Shown here: positions 41,158 to 51,492 of the stretch, in pieces
Numbering within the stretch: position 1 is the stretch's first letter
How the letters are laid out: every line of letters begins with the position of its first letter
DNA from: an uncultured Acidobacteriota bacterium
GTDB taxonomy: Bacteria; Acidobacteriota; Thermoanaerobaculia; Multivoradales; JAHEKO01
DNA: 64,000 nt
Assembly (NCBI GenBank): GCA_963719055.1
Contig: CAVRAU010000023.1
Coordinates: forward strand, 71,790 to 135,789
Reading direction: 5' to 3'
The notes under the pieces: model-generated
What the model saw: only the letters and a program-made list of their open reading frames with translations
What the model was told of the DNA's origin: nothing
The model's database searches: none
Position numbers and translations under genes: made by a program

Positions 41158-42511
41158 TCAGGTTCCTCACCAGGTCTTGGAAGTGACGCCCACGTTCGGC
41201 AAAGTTTCGATATTGGTCGAAGCTGGCACAGGCAGGCGACAACAGCACTGTCTCACCCCGCTCGACCCCGCGTTGTGCGGAGTCCACCGCCGACTGTAGG
41301 GTGCCGGCCATCACGACCTCGACCACACCCCCCAGCACCGGCTCGATCTCGGCCGCCGCTTCGCCGACCAGATAGATTCGTCGAACCTTGCGGGCGACGA
41401 CCTCCGCCAACTCGGCCGGGTCACCGCCCTTGTTGCGACCCCCGAGAATCAGATGCACCGAGCCACTATCGAAGCCGTCCAGCGATCTTGCGGTGGCAGC
41501 GAAATTCGTCGCCTTGGAGTCGTCGTACCAGGCCACACCGCGTCGTTCGAGAACCAATTCCAGTCGATGGGGCAGGCCGCGAAATCGCGCCAGGGCTTCG
41601 GGAATCACCTCGGGATCCGCACCGACCGCCAGCGAGAGAAGGGCCGCGGCCATGGCGTTCTCGAGGTTGTGCGGACCCGGCAGAGACACATCGGTGCGCT
41701 TGAACAGGGGCTGCCGACCGCTTTCGGGGTCCACTTCCACGACAATGTCGCCATCCAGATAGCAGCCGTCCTGCACCGCGGCCCGGCTGGAAAAGAACCG
41801 GCGCCGGGCCTCGACCGCGACATTCGACACGGCCTCGTCGTCGGCGTTCAGCACGGCTATATCGCTCGGATGCTGATTTCTGAACAGGTTCTTCTTGGCG
41901 GCAAAGTAGCTCTTGGCATCTCCATGCCAATCGAGATGATCCGCGGAGAGATTGAGCAGCGCCGCCGCCCGGGGATGAAAGGTGTCCACCGAGTCCAGCT
42001 GGAAGCTCGAGAGCTCGGTGACAAACGTGCGCCGCGGTGCGCCGTCGATTCTGGAGCTCAGGGGGACACCGATATTGCCGCAGATTTCCACGGCCATACC
42101 GTTGGCTTTGAGAAGCTCTCCGGTCATCAGTGTCGTGGTGCTCTTGCCGTTGCTGCCGGTGATGCCAATGACGTCTCCATCCAGAAACGGGTACGCCAAC
42201 TCCACCTCGGCCACGAGCGGCAGACCCGCCCGGCGAGCCGCAAGCACGAGCGGTCTGTCCGGTGGCACCCCTGGACTCAGCACCACGCCATCGATCCCCG
42301 GCGGCAACTCCTCGAGTTCCTCGCCCAGGATCCACTCGACGCCGGTGTCCTCTCCAAGATCGCTCAAATCGAGCTGCTCCGCGGCTTTTCTATCGATAGC
42401 CAACACTTCAACCCCTCGCGACCTCAGGAAACGGGTCGCGGCCATTCCTGAGGCCCCCAGGCCGTAGACGACCACCCGTTTCCACTCCGACTGTGTCCAT
42501 GGAACCTTCAT
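41150..42511 (-). CDS. murD: UDP-N-acetylmuramoylalanine--D-glutamate ligase
   Basis: VVVYGLGASGMAATRFL Rossmann N-terminus and Mur ligase motif ITGSNGKSTTT. Confidence 0.9.
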   Translation of the reverse strand: MKVPWTQSEWKRVVVYGLGASGMAATRFLRSRGVEVLAIDRKAAEQLDLSDLGEDTGVEWILGEELEELPPGIDGVVLSPGVPPDRPLVLAARRAGLPLVAEVELAYPFLDGDVIGITGSNGKSTTTLMTGELLKANGMAVEICGNIGVPLSSRIDGAPRRTFVTELSSFQLDSVDTFHPRAAALLNLSADHLDWHGDAKSYFAAKKNLFRNQHPSDIAVLNADDEAVSNVAVEARRRFFSSRAAVQDGCYLDGDIVVEVDPESGRQPLFKRTDVSLPGPHNLENAMAAALLSLAVGADPEVIPEALARFRGLPHRLELVLERRGVAWYDDSKATNFAATARSLDGFDSGSVHLILGGRNKGGDPAELAEVVARKVRRIYLVGEAAAEIEPVLGGVVEVVMAGTLQSAVDSAQRGVERGETVLLSPACASFDQYRNFAERGRHFQDLVRNLNG

Positions 42512-43596
42512 CTCAGTTTCAGAGTCCCCAGACCCATGAGGGCGAACATGATGGACAGAATCCAGAAACGCACGATGATCTTCGGCTCGGCCCAGCCGCT
42601 GAGCTCGAAATGGTGATGCAGCGGCGCCATGCGAAACACTCGCTTGCCGCCCGTCGCCTTGAAGAACCCCACCTGGATGATCACCGACATTGCCTCGATG
42701 ACGAACAGCCCGCCGACCAACAAGAGAACGACTTCCTGCTTGGAGAGGATGGCCACCATGCCGATCGCCCCGCCGATGGCCAACGAGCCCACATCCCCCA
42801 TGAAGACCTCTGCCGGGTGGGAGTTGAACCAGAGAAATCCGAGACTGGCCCCCACCAGGGCGCCGCAGAATACCGAGACCTCACCCACGCCACGCACATA
42901 GGGCACTTGAAGGTATCCGGCCACAACCGAGTTTCCTGCCACGTACGTAAAGATGGCGTAGGTCGCGGCCGCGACGAGCGTGGCGCCGATGGCCAACCCA
43001 TCGAGACCGTCGGTCAGGTTGACCGCATGGGAAGAGCCCACCAAGACCACGGCCAGGAACGGCACGTAGAGCACTCCGAGCGACACCACAGCCCGCTTGA
43101 AGAACGGAAAGGCGACGGTGGGCTCGAACGAGTAGCCGTTGGGCAAGGAAAGGAGGATGATCCCTGCCGCAACGGCCACTACGATCGAGAGCAGCATTTT
43201 GGTCCGGGCGCTGAGGCCCAGATTCTGGTGTCGCCGGACCTTCAGATAGTCATCGGCGAAGCCGATGGCTCCGAAGCTGGCGGTGATGCCCACGGCCAAC
43301 CAGACGTAAGGGTTGAGGAGGTCCGCCCACAGGAGCGTCGGCACAATGACCGAGAACAGGATGAGCAGGCCACCCATCGTCGGTGTGCCAGCCTTGACCT
43401 GGTGACGGTCCGGGCCGACATCGCGGATGTTCTGGCCAATCGACAGCCGCCTGAGCATACGGATAAACGCCGGACCGAGAAGAAGAGACAGCAGCAGGGC
43501 TGTCACCACGGCACTGGCTGCCCGAAATGTGATGTAGCGGAAGACATTGAAGGCAGCGATCTGGTCGCTCAGCGAATAGAGGAGGTGATACAGCAT
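42508..43596 (-). CDS. mraY: Phospho-N-acetylmuramoyl-pentapeptide transferase
   Basis: KAGTPTMGG and DDYLKV motifs. 362 aa polytopic. Confidence 0.92.
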   Translation of the reverse strand: MLYHLLYSLSDQIAAFNVFRYITFRAASAVVTALLLSLLLGPAFIRMLRRLSIGQNIRDVGPDRHQVKAGTPTMGGLLILFSVIVPTLLWADLLNPYVWLAVGITASFGAIGFADDYLKVRRHQNLGLSARTKMLLSIVVAVAAGIILLSLPNGYSFEPTVAFPFFKRAVVSLGVLYVPFLAVVLVGSSHAVNLTDGLDGLAIGATLVAAATYAIFTYVAGNSVVAGYLQVPYVRGVGEVSVFCGALVGASLGFLWFNSHPAEVFMGDVGSLAIGGAIGMVAILSKQEVVLLLVGGLFVIEAMSVIIQVGFFKATGGKRVFRMAPLHHHFELSGWAEPKIIVRFWILSIMFALMGLGTLKLR

Positions 43597-44945
43597 CAGG
43601 CCTCCACCTCCGCCGCCGCCAGGAGCGACTCGACCACGACTTCAAGACCCACGCCGCGCGAGCCCTTGACCAGCAGCACATCACCGGCACGCAGCTCGGT
43701 ACCGACCGCCTCGGCGGCCTTCTTGGCGGACTCGAACCACTGGGTGTCTGCACCGGCCTCGGCAGCACCGGCGATCAGATCGCGGCTCAGCTGGCCGACG
43801 CCCGCGATGGGTGAGAACCCCATCTTGGCTGCTTCCCGTCCGGCCTGACGATGCAGTTCCGGAGCCGCTTCCCCGAGCTCCAGCATGTCACCCAGAATCG
43901 CCCAGTGGCGCTGCCCGGTCACGCCCCGCGCACTCCGCAGAGCCTGTCTGAGGGCTTCTGGATTGGAGTTGTAGCAATCGTCGATGACCACGGTGTCCTC
44001 GGCGACCTGGTGAAAAACACCCCGCATCGGTTGACTCTGGACCTCAGTAGCCGCGTCGGCGATATCGGCCAGAGAAACTCCTAGCGCGTGTGCGCAAGCG
44101 GCGGCGGCCAGAAAGTTTTCGACGTTGTAGAGCCCGTGCAATGGCAGCTCGATGGCCTGCTCTTCAGGGCCAGCCACAAGACGGAAGCAGGATCCGACAC
44201 CCTCGGGATGAGGCCGAATATCCGCCACGCCATAGTCGGCCTCCGTGTGCATGGCGAACCAGATCACGGGGCCCTGGTGTCGCCCCACGAAACGGACGAT
44301 CTCGGGATCATCGCGGTTGGCTACCACTGTGCCCTCCGCGGCCAGCCCCTCGAGCAACTCCGCCTTGGCCTCGGCGATCGCTCTCAGGGAGCCAAAGGCC
44401 TCCAGGTGAGCCGGTCTGACGTTGGTGAACACTGCCATATCGGGTCGCCCGAGCCGGCTGACCCGACCCAACTCACCGGGCGTGGACATACCCATCTCGG
44501 CCACCATCCATTCGGTGTCATCGGGAATCCCCAGCAAGGCCACCGGGAAACCATAGAGGTTGTTCAAGCTGCCGGGATTGCGGGCCACCTTGTACCTTCT
44601 TCCCAGCAAAGTGGCCAGAATCTCCTTGGTGGTGGTCTTGCCGACCGAACCGGTGACCGCCACCAGCTGTTGGGGAACGCGGCACCGGATCTGGCGGGTC
44701 AGGCGATGAAGAGCTTCAAAGGTGTCGTCCACCTCGATCAACCCCGCCTCCATCGGTGCCTCGACCGGCTGACTGACAATGGCGGCGCTGGCCCCTCTCT
44801 CCAGGGCTTGCGAGACGAATTGGTGGCCATCGGTACGATCACCGGCGAGGGCAAAGAAGAGCTCACCGCCCCGTATCTTTCTGGAGTCCAGGGCGGCCCC
44901 TTCCCAGACGGACTCGGCGCGACCCGAAATCACCTTGCCCTCCAT
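43596..44945 (-). CDS. murF: UDP-N-acetylmuramoyl-tripeptide--D-alanyl-D-alanine ligase
   Basis: LDSRKIRGGELFFALAGDRTDGH and TGSVGKTTTKE. Start chosen at MEGKVISGRAE by alignment to MurF N-termini. Confidence 0.85.
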   Translation of the reverse strand: MEGKVISGRAESVWEGAALDSRKIRGGELFFALAGDRTDGHQFVSQALERGASAAIVSQPVEAPMEAGLIEVDDTFEALHRLTRQIRCRVPQQLVAVTGSVGKTTTKEILATLLGRRYKVARNPGSLNNLYGFPVALLGIPDDTEWMVAEMGMSTPGELGRVSRLGRPDMAVFTNVRPAHLEAFGSLRAIAEAKAELLEGLAAEGTVVANRDDPEIVRFVGRHQGPVIWFAMHTEADYGVADIRPHPEGVGSCFRLVAGPEEQAIELPLHGLYNVENFLAAAACAHALGVSLADIADAATEVQSQPMRGVFHQVAEDTVVIDDCYNSNPEALRQALRSARGVTGQRHWAILGDMLELGEAAPELHRQAGREAAKMGFSPIAGVGQLSRDLIAGAAEAGADTQWFESAKKAAEAVGTELRAGDVLLVKGSRGVGLEVVVESLLAAAEVEA

Positions 44946-44958
44946 GATGGCTGCCGCC

Positions 44959-46426
44959 TCATCGACCTGTCCGCGTACCAAGCTTCTCCTCCAACGCCCG
45001 CTCGACTTCCTGTCGATCGGAAAAGGTGGACCTCTTCTCGCCCACGATCTGATACTCCTCGTGCCCCTTGCCGGCAATGAGCACCACCCATTCCTCGTCC
45101 GCCTGCGCTATCGCCCGACGAATCGCTTCCCGGCGGTCCGGGAGAATCCTGTAGTTCTGATTGCCGCTCTCCTTGATGCCTTCTTCCACCGCCGCGATGA
45201 TGGCCAGCGGATCCTCCCGTCGGGGATTGTCGGTGGTGATGATGGACAGATCGGCCAGCTCACCCGCCACCCGGCCCATCAGCGCTCTCTTGCCCGTATC
45301 CCGATCCCCGCCGCAGCCAAAGACCAGCAGAATCTTGTGGTTCGAGAACGACCGCAGAGCCTTGAGCGAAGCCTCCAATGCCGCGCCGGTATGCGCATAG
45401 TCGATCAGGACCGGGAAGGACTGGCCGCATTCCACGGGCTCCAGTCGGCCTGTCAGCGGTCGCTGGCCCGCAATCCCCCTGGCGATCGCGTCGTGGGGCA
45501 GATCCAGGGCCTCGGCGGTCGCCGCCGCGGTCACGATGTTGCTCAGGTTGTAGGTTCCGAGAAGAGGCGACTCGAACGGCAGCTCGCCTCTGGGAGTCAC
45601 CAGGACCCCGCGAATCCCGGTCGGGCTGAACTCCACCGTCCTTGCTGCTGACCTCTCCCTCTCGACCATAGGTCCTCACCCGAGGCAGCTCATCAGCCAG
45701 GCGACGACCAAACGGGTCGTCCAGATTGACGACCGCCTGTCCCTCTGGTTTGAGCTGCTCGAACAGACGCCGTTTGGCCTGGAAGTAGTCTTCAAAGTCC
45801 CTGTGGAAGTCGAAATGATCTCGCGTCAGGTTGGTGAACACACCCAGATCGAAGCTGAGGCCCTCGACACGCCCCAGAGCCAAACCCTGGGATGAGATCT
45901 CCGCGCTGATGGCCTTCGCCCCCGAGTCCCGCATGCGCGCCAGCAAGCGGTTCAAGTGCGAGGCTTCCGGGGTCGTGCGATCGGTACCCAGCATCTCGCC
46001 CCCGAACTGGTGACCCAGACTGCCGATCGTGCCGGTGGGGAGGCCTGCGGCTTCCAGGATTCCCACCATCAGATATGACACCGTCGACTTGCCGTTCGTG
46101 CCGGTGATCCCGATCATGAGCATGTCGCGGTCGGGGTGGTCGTGGATTCTGCCCGCCATGGGACCGATGAGCCAGCGTGGATCCCTGGCGCTCAGCCAAA
46201 CCCGGTCGTAACCGGGGGGTGGCGGACCGGACGACAACACTCCCACGGCTCCACGTTCGAGGGCATCGGGGATGAAGGCCCGGCCGTCGAATGTCTTGCC
46301 GACGAGCGCCACGAACAGGTACCCCTCCTTGACGAATCGCGAATCCTGGCTGATGCCCGTGACATCCGGGTCGCCACCTCTCGAGATCTCGATCGGTAGC
46401 CCGGCGATGACCTCGGAGACCCTCAT
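44959..46426 (-). CDS. murE: UDP-N-acetylmuramoyl-L-alanyl-D-glutamate--2,6-diaminopimelate ligase. Frameshift at about 45640-45670.
   Basis: N-terminal part in ORF 45260..46717 (ISQDSRFVKEGYLFVAL, GITGTNGKSTV). C-terminal part in ORF 44959..45669 (DYAHTGAALEASL, LLVFGCGGDRDTGKR, DNPRREDP). Confidence 0.85.
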
Positions 46427-48402
46427 CGTCCGGTCTCCGCCGGGGCGACGCCCAACCAGAGTTGCATGCCATCGCCGACTTCCCCGACAGCGGTTCCCGG
46501 TGCTGGGGTCTGGCGACTCACCATACCGCTGCCGTGCAGCGTCGCCTTGAGACCCAACTCGGCCGAACGCACCACTGCCTGTCTGGCTGTCAATCCGGAG
46601 AAGTCCGGCACGCCGCCCGCCACGGCAATCGGCTCGACCCGCTGAGCCTCCGCCTGCCCCAATCCGCTCTCTACCGCACCGCGATCGCCGCCCGAGGCCA
46701 GCCGCTCTCCTGGCCATGGCCCCGGCTCCTGATCGTCGGGAGGGACACCGAGATACAAAAGGGCCGGGCCCACCACAGCGGCAAAGACCGGGGCGGCCAC
46801 GTCTCCCCCGTGATATCCAAGAGAGGGTTCGGGTTCGTCGATGGCGATCATGCCGACGATGGCCGGTCGGCGCGCGGGTGCGAAGCCCACGAAACTGGCC
46901 ACGAACTTGCGCGCCGCATAGCCTCCATCGGGCGACGCCTTTTGCGCCGTGCCCGTCTTACCCGCCACTCGGAAGCCTGGAATCGCGGCCTTTTTCCCGG
47001 TGCCGTCAGTGACCACCGATTCCAGGAGCCGCTCGAGAGTCCGCGCCGTGCTCGCACTGACGGGATTGCCCACTCGATGCGGTCTGTACCGCCGCTCGAC
47101 GATCTCGCCGTTTTTCCGCACACCGGTCACCACATAGGGCGACAACAGAGTGCCCCCGTTGGCCACAGCGGCAAAAGCACTGGCCATCTGGAGCGAGGTA
47201 ACCGAGAGATTCTGACCGAAGGAAATGTAAGCGGTGGCCCGTTTTGGCCAACGCTCGGCGGATCGCAGGATTCCCGGACTCTCCCCGGGAAGATCGATCC
47301 CAGTCAGGCGGCCGAACCCGAACTCGGAGATTTGCTGATACAGATCCAGCTTGCCCACCATCAGGCCCGTCTTGATGGCTCCGACATTGCTCGATTTAGC
47401 GAGGACCTCGCGGAAAGTCAAACGCCCAAAAGACTTGTGATCGTGGATTCTGACACCCTGCACGACGATGCTGCCGTGCTCGCAATCGAAGATGTCCTCA
47501 GGATCGACCAGGTTTCCCTCCAGGGCCGCAGCAGCCGTGACCATCTTGAACGTCGAGCCCGGCTCGAAGGCATCCATGACAGCCCGATTCCGCCAGCTCT
47601 CGCGCGAGGACCGGGAGAAGTGGTTCGGATCGAAGGTCGGCAGCGAGGCCATGGCCAGAATCGCACCGGTGTTGGGATCGAGAAGCACGGCCGAAGCGCT
47701 CTTGGCGCGGGTACTTCGAACCGCCGCCGCCAGCTCGCGCTCCAACAGATGTTGGATCCAGGTGTCGATGGTGAGATGCAGATCCCGTCCTGGCCGGGCC
47801 TCACCAAACGAGGTATCCGGCAGCAGAACAGTGCCTCGTCGGGCGTCACGCAGCACCTTGCGCTCAGCGGCCTCGCCGGCGATCACATCGTTGTAGGCCT
47901 GCTCCAAGCCCTCCAGGCCCTGGTTATCGCGCCCGGCAAATCCCAGCACCTGGGCAGCCAGCTCACGCATCGGGTAGTACCGCTTGCTCTCCTTCAAGAA
48001 CCCCACGCCCTCGAGCTCCAGTTGCCGCACCTCGTCGGCCTGCGGTCGATCCAGCTGACGGGCGACCCAGACGAACTCGCGATCGCTGCTCAGCGACTCT
48101 GCCAACTTGCGGGCGTCGAGATCCAGAACCCCGGCCAGGGCTCGGGCGATGCTGCCGGGATCCTCGATCTGCGAGGGATCGGCCCACACCGAGTCGACTT
48201 CCACCGACAACGCCAACTCCCGTCCACGGGCATCGTAGATCGTGCCGCGGGGGGGCTCCAGGACGACTCGCCTGTGATGCTGTCCCTCCGCTCGCTGCCG
48301 ATAGATCTCGTGATCGACGATCTGCAGTTGGCAGAGGCGAGCGACAATGCCTGTCGCCCAGAGGGCCATGATCAGCGTGAACAGAATCAAACGGCTCTTC
48401 AT
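46423..48402 (-). CDS. ftsI: Peptidoglycan D,D-transpeptidase FtsI (class B PBP)
   Basis: N-terminal TM helix, PBP dimerisation domain and transpeptidase motifs STFK, SSN, KTG. 659 aa. Confidence 0.88.
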   Translation of the reverse strand: MKSRLILFTLIMALWATGIVARLCQLQIVDHEIYRQRAEGQHHRRVVLEPPRGTIYDARGRELALSVEVDSVWADPSQIEDPGSIARALAGVLDLDARKLAESLSSDREFVWVARQLDRPQADEVRQLELEGVGFLKESKRYYPMRELAAQVLGFAGRDNQGLEGLEQAYNDVIAGEAAERKVLRDARRGTVLLPDTSFGEARPGRDLHLTIDTWIQHLLERELAAAVRSTRAKSASAVLLDPNTGAILAMASLPTFDPNHFSRSSRESWRNRAVMDAFEPGSTFKMVTAAAALEGNLVDPEDIFDCEHGSIVVQGVRIHDHKSFGRLTFREVLAKSSNVGAIKTGLMVGKLDLYQQISEFGFGRLTGIDLPGESPGILRSAERWPKRATAYISFGQNLSVTSLQMASAFAAVANGGTLLSPYVVTGVRKNGEIVERRYRPHRVGNPVSASTARTLERLLESVVTDGTGKKAAIPGFRVAGKTGTAQKASPDGGYAARKFVASFVGFAPARRPAIVGMIAIDEPEPSLGYHGGDVAAPVFAAVVGPALLYLGVPPDDQEPGPWPGERLASGGDRGAVESGLGQAEAQRVEPIAVAGGVPDFSGLTARQAVVRSAELGLKATLHGSGMVSRQTPAPGTAVGEVGDGMQLWLGVAPAETGR

Positions 48403-48728
48403 GGTGTGTCCTCGACAAACACCATGCGATCCAGATCCGCCTCCACCAGCCCGAGTTTCCGGTGGGCTTCCTCACGGATCCGCTCAGGGCTCGAAAGGTA
48501 AGCAGCCTCTACCCAGAGCTCTCGTTCTCTCCGTTCTTCGAGTTTCAGGGTCCGCTCCAGGCGATCGACCTCGTAGCCGATGTGCACCAGGCGCAGATTG
48601 AGCCAGACATAACCGAGCATGCCGCCGGCAACCGGTACCAGAGCCAGAAACACCGCCGCCAGCTCACGGCGGCGACGGCGATCTCGCTGCCGTACCAGAA
48701 AGCTGTTGTCGACTTGTCGTTTGACGAC
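48399..48728 (-). CDS. ftsL: Cell division protein FtsL-like
   Basis: Small bitopic protein with a coiled-coil after a TM helix (AAVFLALVPVAGGMLGYVWL), positioned between rsmH and ftsI. Start uncertain. Confidence 0.55.
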   Translation of the reverse strand, partial: VVKRQVDNSFLVRQRDRRRRRELAAVFLALVPVAGGMLGYVWLNLRLVHIGYEVDRLERTLKLEERRERELWVEAAYLSSPERIREEAHRKLGLVEADLDRMVFVEDTP

Positions 48729-48747
48729 ATACTCACCGCGCAAAGAC

Positions 48748-49671
48748 TCAGATCCTCCTGGCCGCCCGTAGCCTCCCCGACCGGGATCGGGGGTTGAATG
48801 CCACCTCTTCCGCACCGGGACGCACCGGTCGTTTGGTCAGCACCTCGATGACCTGGGTCTCGGAACGGGGTCTACCGGTTACCTGATCCACCTCTCCACG
48901 GGCCAGATCCCGCAACCGGTTCTTGACGATGCGGTCCTCGAGGCTGTGATAGGAGATCACCACCAACCGACCGTCGCGATTCATCATGCGGACCGCTTGA
49001 TCGAGAAAGGTGTCGAGACCGACAAGCTCCCGATTGACCTCGATCCGGATCGCCTGGAACACCCGCGTCGCCGGATCGATCCGACCCCGAGGCCGGCCGC
49101 CACCGCGGCGCAGCGCTCCCGCCACGATGTCGCGCAGCTCGGTAGTCGTCTCGATGCGTTTTTGGCGCCGTTCCGCCGTCACAGCCCTGGCGATACGTCT
49201 TGCTCGTCGCTCCTCACCGTAGTCTCTGAAGATCTTCTCCAATTGCGCCTCCGAGTAGTGGTTGACAACCTCGTCTGCGGTCAACTCTCCGGGTCCCATC
49301 CGCATATCCAGGGGTCCCTGGCGGCGAAAACTGAAGCCCCGCGACCCCTTGTCAAGCTGCAAGGACGACACACCCAGATCCGCCAGGATGCCGTCGACGG
49401 CTTCGATGTGAAGCCCATGCAGCAGCGTCGTCAGCTCGGCGAAATCGCCCGGCACCAGACGTACACGCTTGCCGAAGGGAAGCAGAAGCTCCCTGGCAAG
49501 CTCGAGGGCCTCCGGGTCCCGATCGATACCAATCAATCGGATCTCCGGGTACGCCTCCAGAAGTGCCGAGGCGTGGCCACCCAAGCCCAGCGTGCAGTCC
49601 ACGAAAAGCCCTCCCCGCTCAGGTAGCAGGAAACCGATGGTTTCCTCGAGCAGAACAGGTATGTGCCGCAC
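48748..49671 (-). CDS. rsmH: 16S rRNA (cytosine1402-N4)-methyltransferase RsmH/MraW
   Basis: MRHIPVLLEE...VDCTLGLGGHS...GIDRD motifs. 307 aa. Confidence 0.9.
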   Translation of the reverse strand: MRHIPVLLEETIGFLLPERGGLFVDCTLGLGGHASALLEAYPEIRLIGIDRDPEALELARELLLPFGKRVRLVPGDFAELTTLLHGLHIEAVDGILADLGVSSLQLDKGSRGFSFRRQGPLDMRMGPGELTADEVVNHYSEAQLEKIFRDYGEERRARRIARAVTAERRQKRIETTTELRDIVAGALRRGGGRPRGRIDPATRVFQAIRIEVNRELVGLDTFLDQAVRMMNRDGRLVVISYHSLEDRIVKNRLRDLARGEVDQVTGRPRSETQVIEVLTKRPVRPGAEEVAFNPRSRSGRLRAARRI

Positions 49672-49725
49672 GTCCGCCGAATCAATGAACTGCTGTCGAG
49701 CGTTCAGAGTCCGAGTTCCTCAGAC

Positions 49726-50166
49726 TCAAATACCCTTCTCGCTCAGATAAGAAAAGTCTTCGTCTGTAAACGGCTGCTCGGAGAAGCGGGCCTCGAGACG
49801 CTGGCGATTCCAGATCTCCATATGGTCGAGGCGAGTACTGACCACCACATCGCCGACCATCGCTGCGCTTTCGCGCAGCAGAGGCGGTATGACGACACGC
49901 CCCTGCCCGTCCAATTTCCCCTGCTGTCCGTAATAGCCAACTCGTTCGAGAAAGCGCTGCTTGGTTCGATCCGTCGACGGTAGAGCGGCCAGCCGGTCCT
50001 CGATTTCCTCCCAGACCGACAGCGGATACAGGAGAACGGAATCGCCGAGAATCGAGGTGATGAAGACCTCACGGCCATACCGCTCTTCCAGCTGCCGCCG
50101 AAAGCCCGTCGGTACTTTCAACCGACCCTTGTCGTCGATCTTTGTCGGTGCGCTTCCACGAAACAT
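49726..50166 (-). CDS. mraZ: Transcriptional regulator MraZ
   Basis: MFRGSAPTKIDDKGRLKVP...; two MraZ repeats. Start set at the conserved MFRG. Confidence 0.88.
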   Translation of the reverse strand: MFRGSAPTKIDDKGRLKVPTGFRRQLEERYGREVFITSILGDSVLLYPLSVWEEIEDRLAALPSTDRTKQRFLERVGYYGQQGKLDGQGRVVIPPLLRESAAMVGDVVVSTRLDHMEIWNRQRLEARFSEQPFTDEDFSYLSEKGI

Positions 50167-50292
50167 TCTTCCCGTCCATTTCACGGGTAATTTCGGTGCG
50201 CAGTGTAGCACCGCGCTCCACTTTTGTCCATTTTAGTCCACCATCGAGAGCAACAGTGGAAGAGCCTCTATTCCAGGCTTTTTCAGGGGGTG

Positions 50293-51492
50293 TTATCGGG
50301 AACGGTGGTCTTGGTCGAGAGGCGGTTCGTCTGGATCTTCCTTCGACTCGGGCTTGCCTACCTCCGGCAGAAGGTTGAAGGGCTCTTCGGTGGACTCTTC
50401 CGGCACTTCTTCCATCGCCTCCTCCGCCATCTCCTTGGTGATGAGGGGAGCGGTCAAGGCCATCTCCAGATCGTCGCTATCGGAGGCCATCTGCAACGAG
50501 GCACGAAATCCCACGGCGTCGGGTGGGGCATTGACCAACACGTAGGCGGCGGTCTCCAACTCTTCCAGGTACTCCTGCATCTCGGAAGCCAGCAGCCGCT
50601 CGCCTTCCGTTGCACGGATCTCCTGCTCCACGTCGGCAAACGGACGGAGGCGCGCCTCTTGGCGCTCCGTGACGACCAGAATGTGCAACCCACCCCGGCC
50701 ATCTACCGGCACACTCACTCCGCCAGCCTCCAGGTCCCATACCGCCTTCTCGAGATCCACGTCGAGGTCCCCGATCTCCACCCAACCCAGATCCACGGCG
50801 TTCGAAGTCACGCCGCTCTCGACAAAGGGCTCCACTACCTGCCCGAGATCTTCTCCGCTTGCGACCTGCTGCCGGATTTCTTGAGCCCTCTGCTCCAATT
50901 CCTCGCCGGTGCGCTCGCTGGAAGATAGAACCACGACCTCCTGTAGCTGCAGACGCTCAGGCTCCTGGTAGTCCTCCAGATGGTTCTGGTAAAAGCGCCG
51001 CAGATCCTCCTCCTCCAGGGTGATCCGCGGATGGACCTCCTGGCCCATGAGTTTCTGGACCAGCAGCGTCTTGCTCATGGTCTCGCGGTACTGCTCCAGG
51101 GTCATGCCGGACGATCGTAGCGCCTGCTCGAACTCCTCATCGGTTTCGATACCGAAGTTTTGTCGCGTGCCGGCAATCGCACGGTCCAAATCGGCGTCGG
51201 TGACCCTGATCCCCAACTGGTCGGCGCGCGAGAGCATCAGCATCTCCTCGAAGATGTCGTCCATCGTCGACACGCCCACATTGGCCAGCAGCCGTTGGCG
51301 CTGCTGGTCGGGAAGCGATTCGGCACCCTGGATCATGCGAATCTTCTCGGCTCGACGGCGCTGGTAGTCCCAGGTTGTCGAAATCCGCTCGTTGACCCGC
51401 AAGACGATTTCGTACGAATCCTGGGCGATCAGAAACGCCGGCAGGAGTATCAGGAATCCGAGGATGCCGCTAAGAGTTCTCATGAGTCTCAT
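50293..51492 (-). CDS. Periplasmic chaperone, SurA/PpiD-like (SurA_N domain plus degenerate PPIase-like region, acidic C-tail)
   Basis: Signal peptide MRLMRTLSGILGFLILLPAFLIAQ and SurA_N-like helical N-domain. Confidence 0.55.
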   Translation of the reverse strand: MRLMRTLSGILGFLILLPAFLIAQDSYEIVLRVNERISTTWDYQRRRAEKIRMIQGAESLPDQQRQRLLANVGVSTMDDIFEEMLMLSRADQLGIRVTDADLDRAIAGTRQNFGIETDEEFEQALRSSGMTLEQYRETMSKTLLVQKLMGQEVHPRITLEEEDLRRFYQNHLEDYQEPERLQLQEVVVLSSSERTGEELEQRAQEIRQQVASGEDLGQVVEPFVESGVTSNAVDLGWVEIGDLDVDLEKAVWDLEAGGVSVPVDGRGGLHILVVTERQEARLRPFADVEQEIRATEGERLLASEMQEYLEELETAAYVLVNAPPDAVGFRASLQMASDSDDLEMALTAPLITKEMAEEAMEEVPEESTEEPFNLLPEVGKPESKEDPDEPPLDQDHRSR

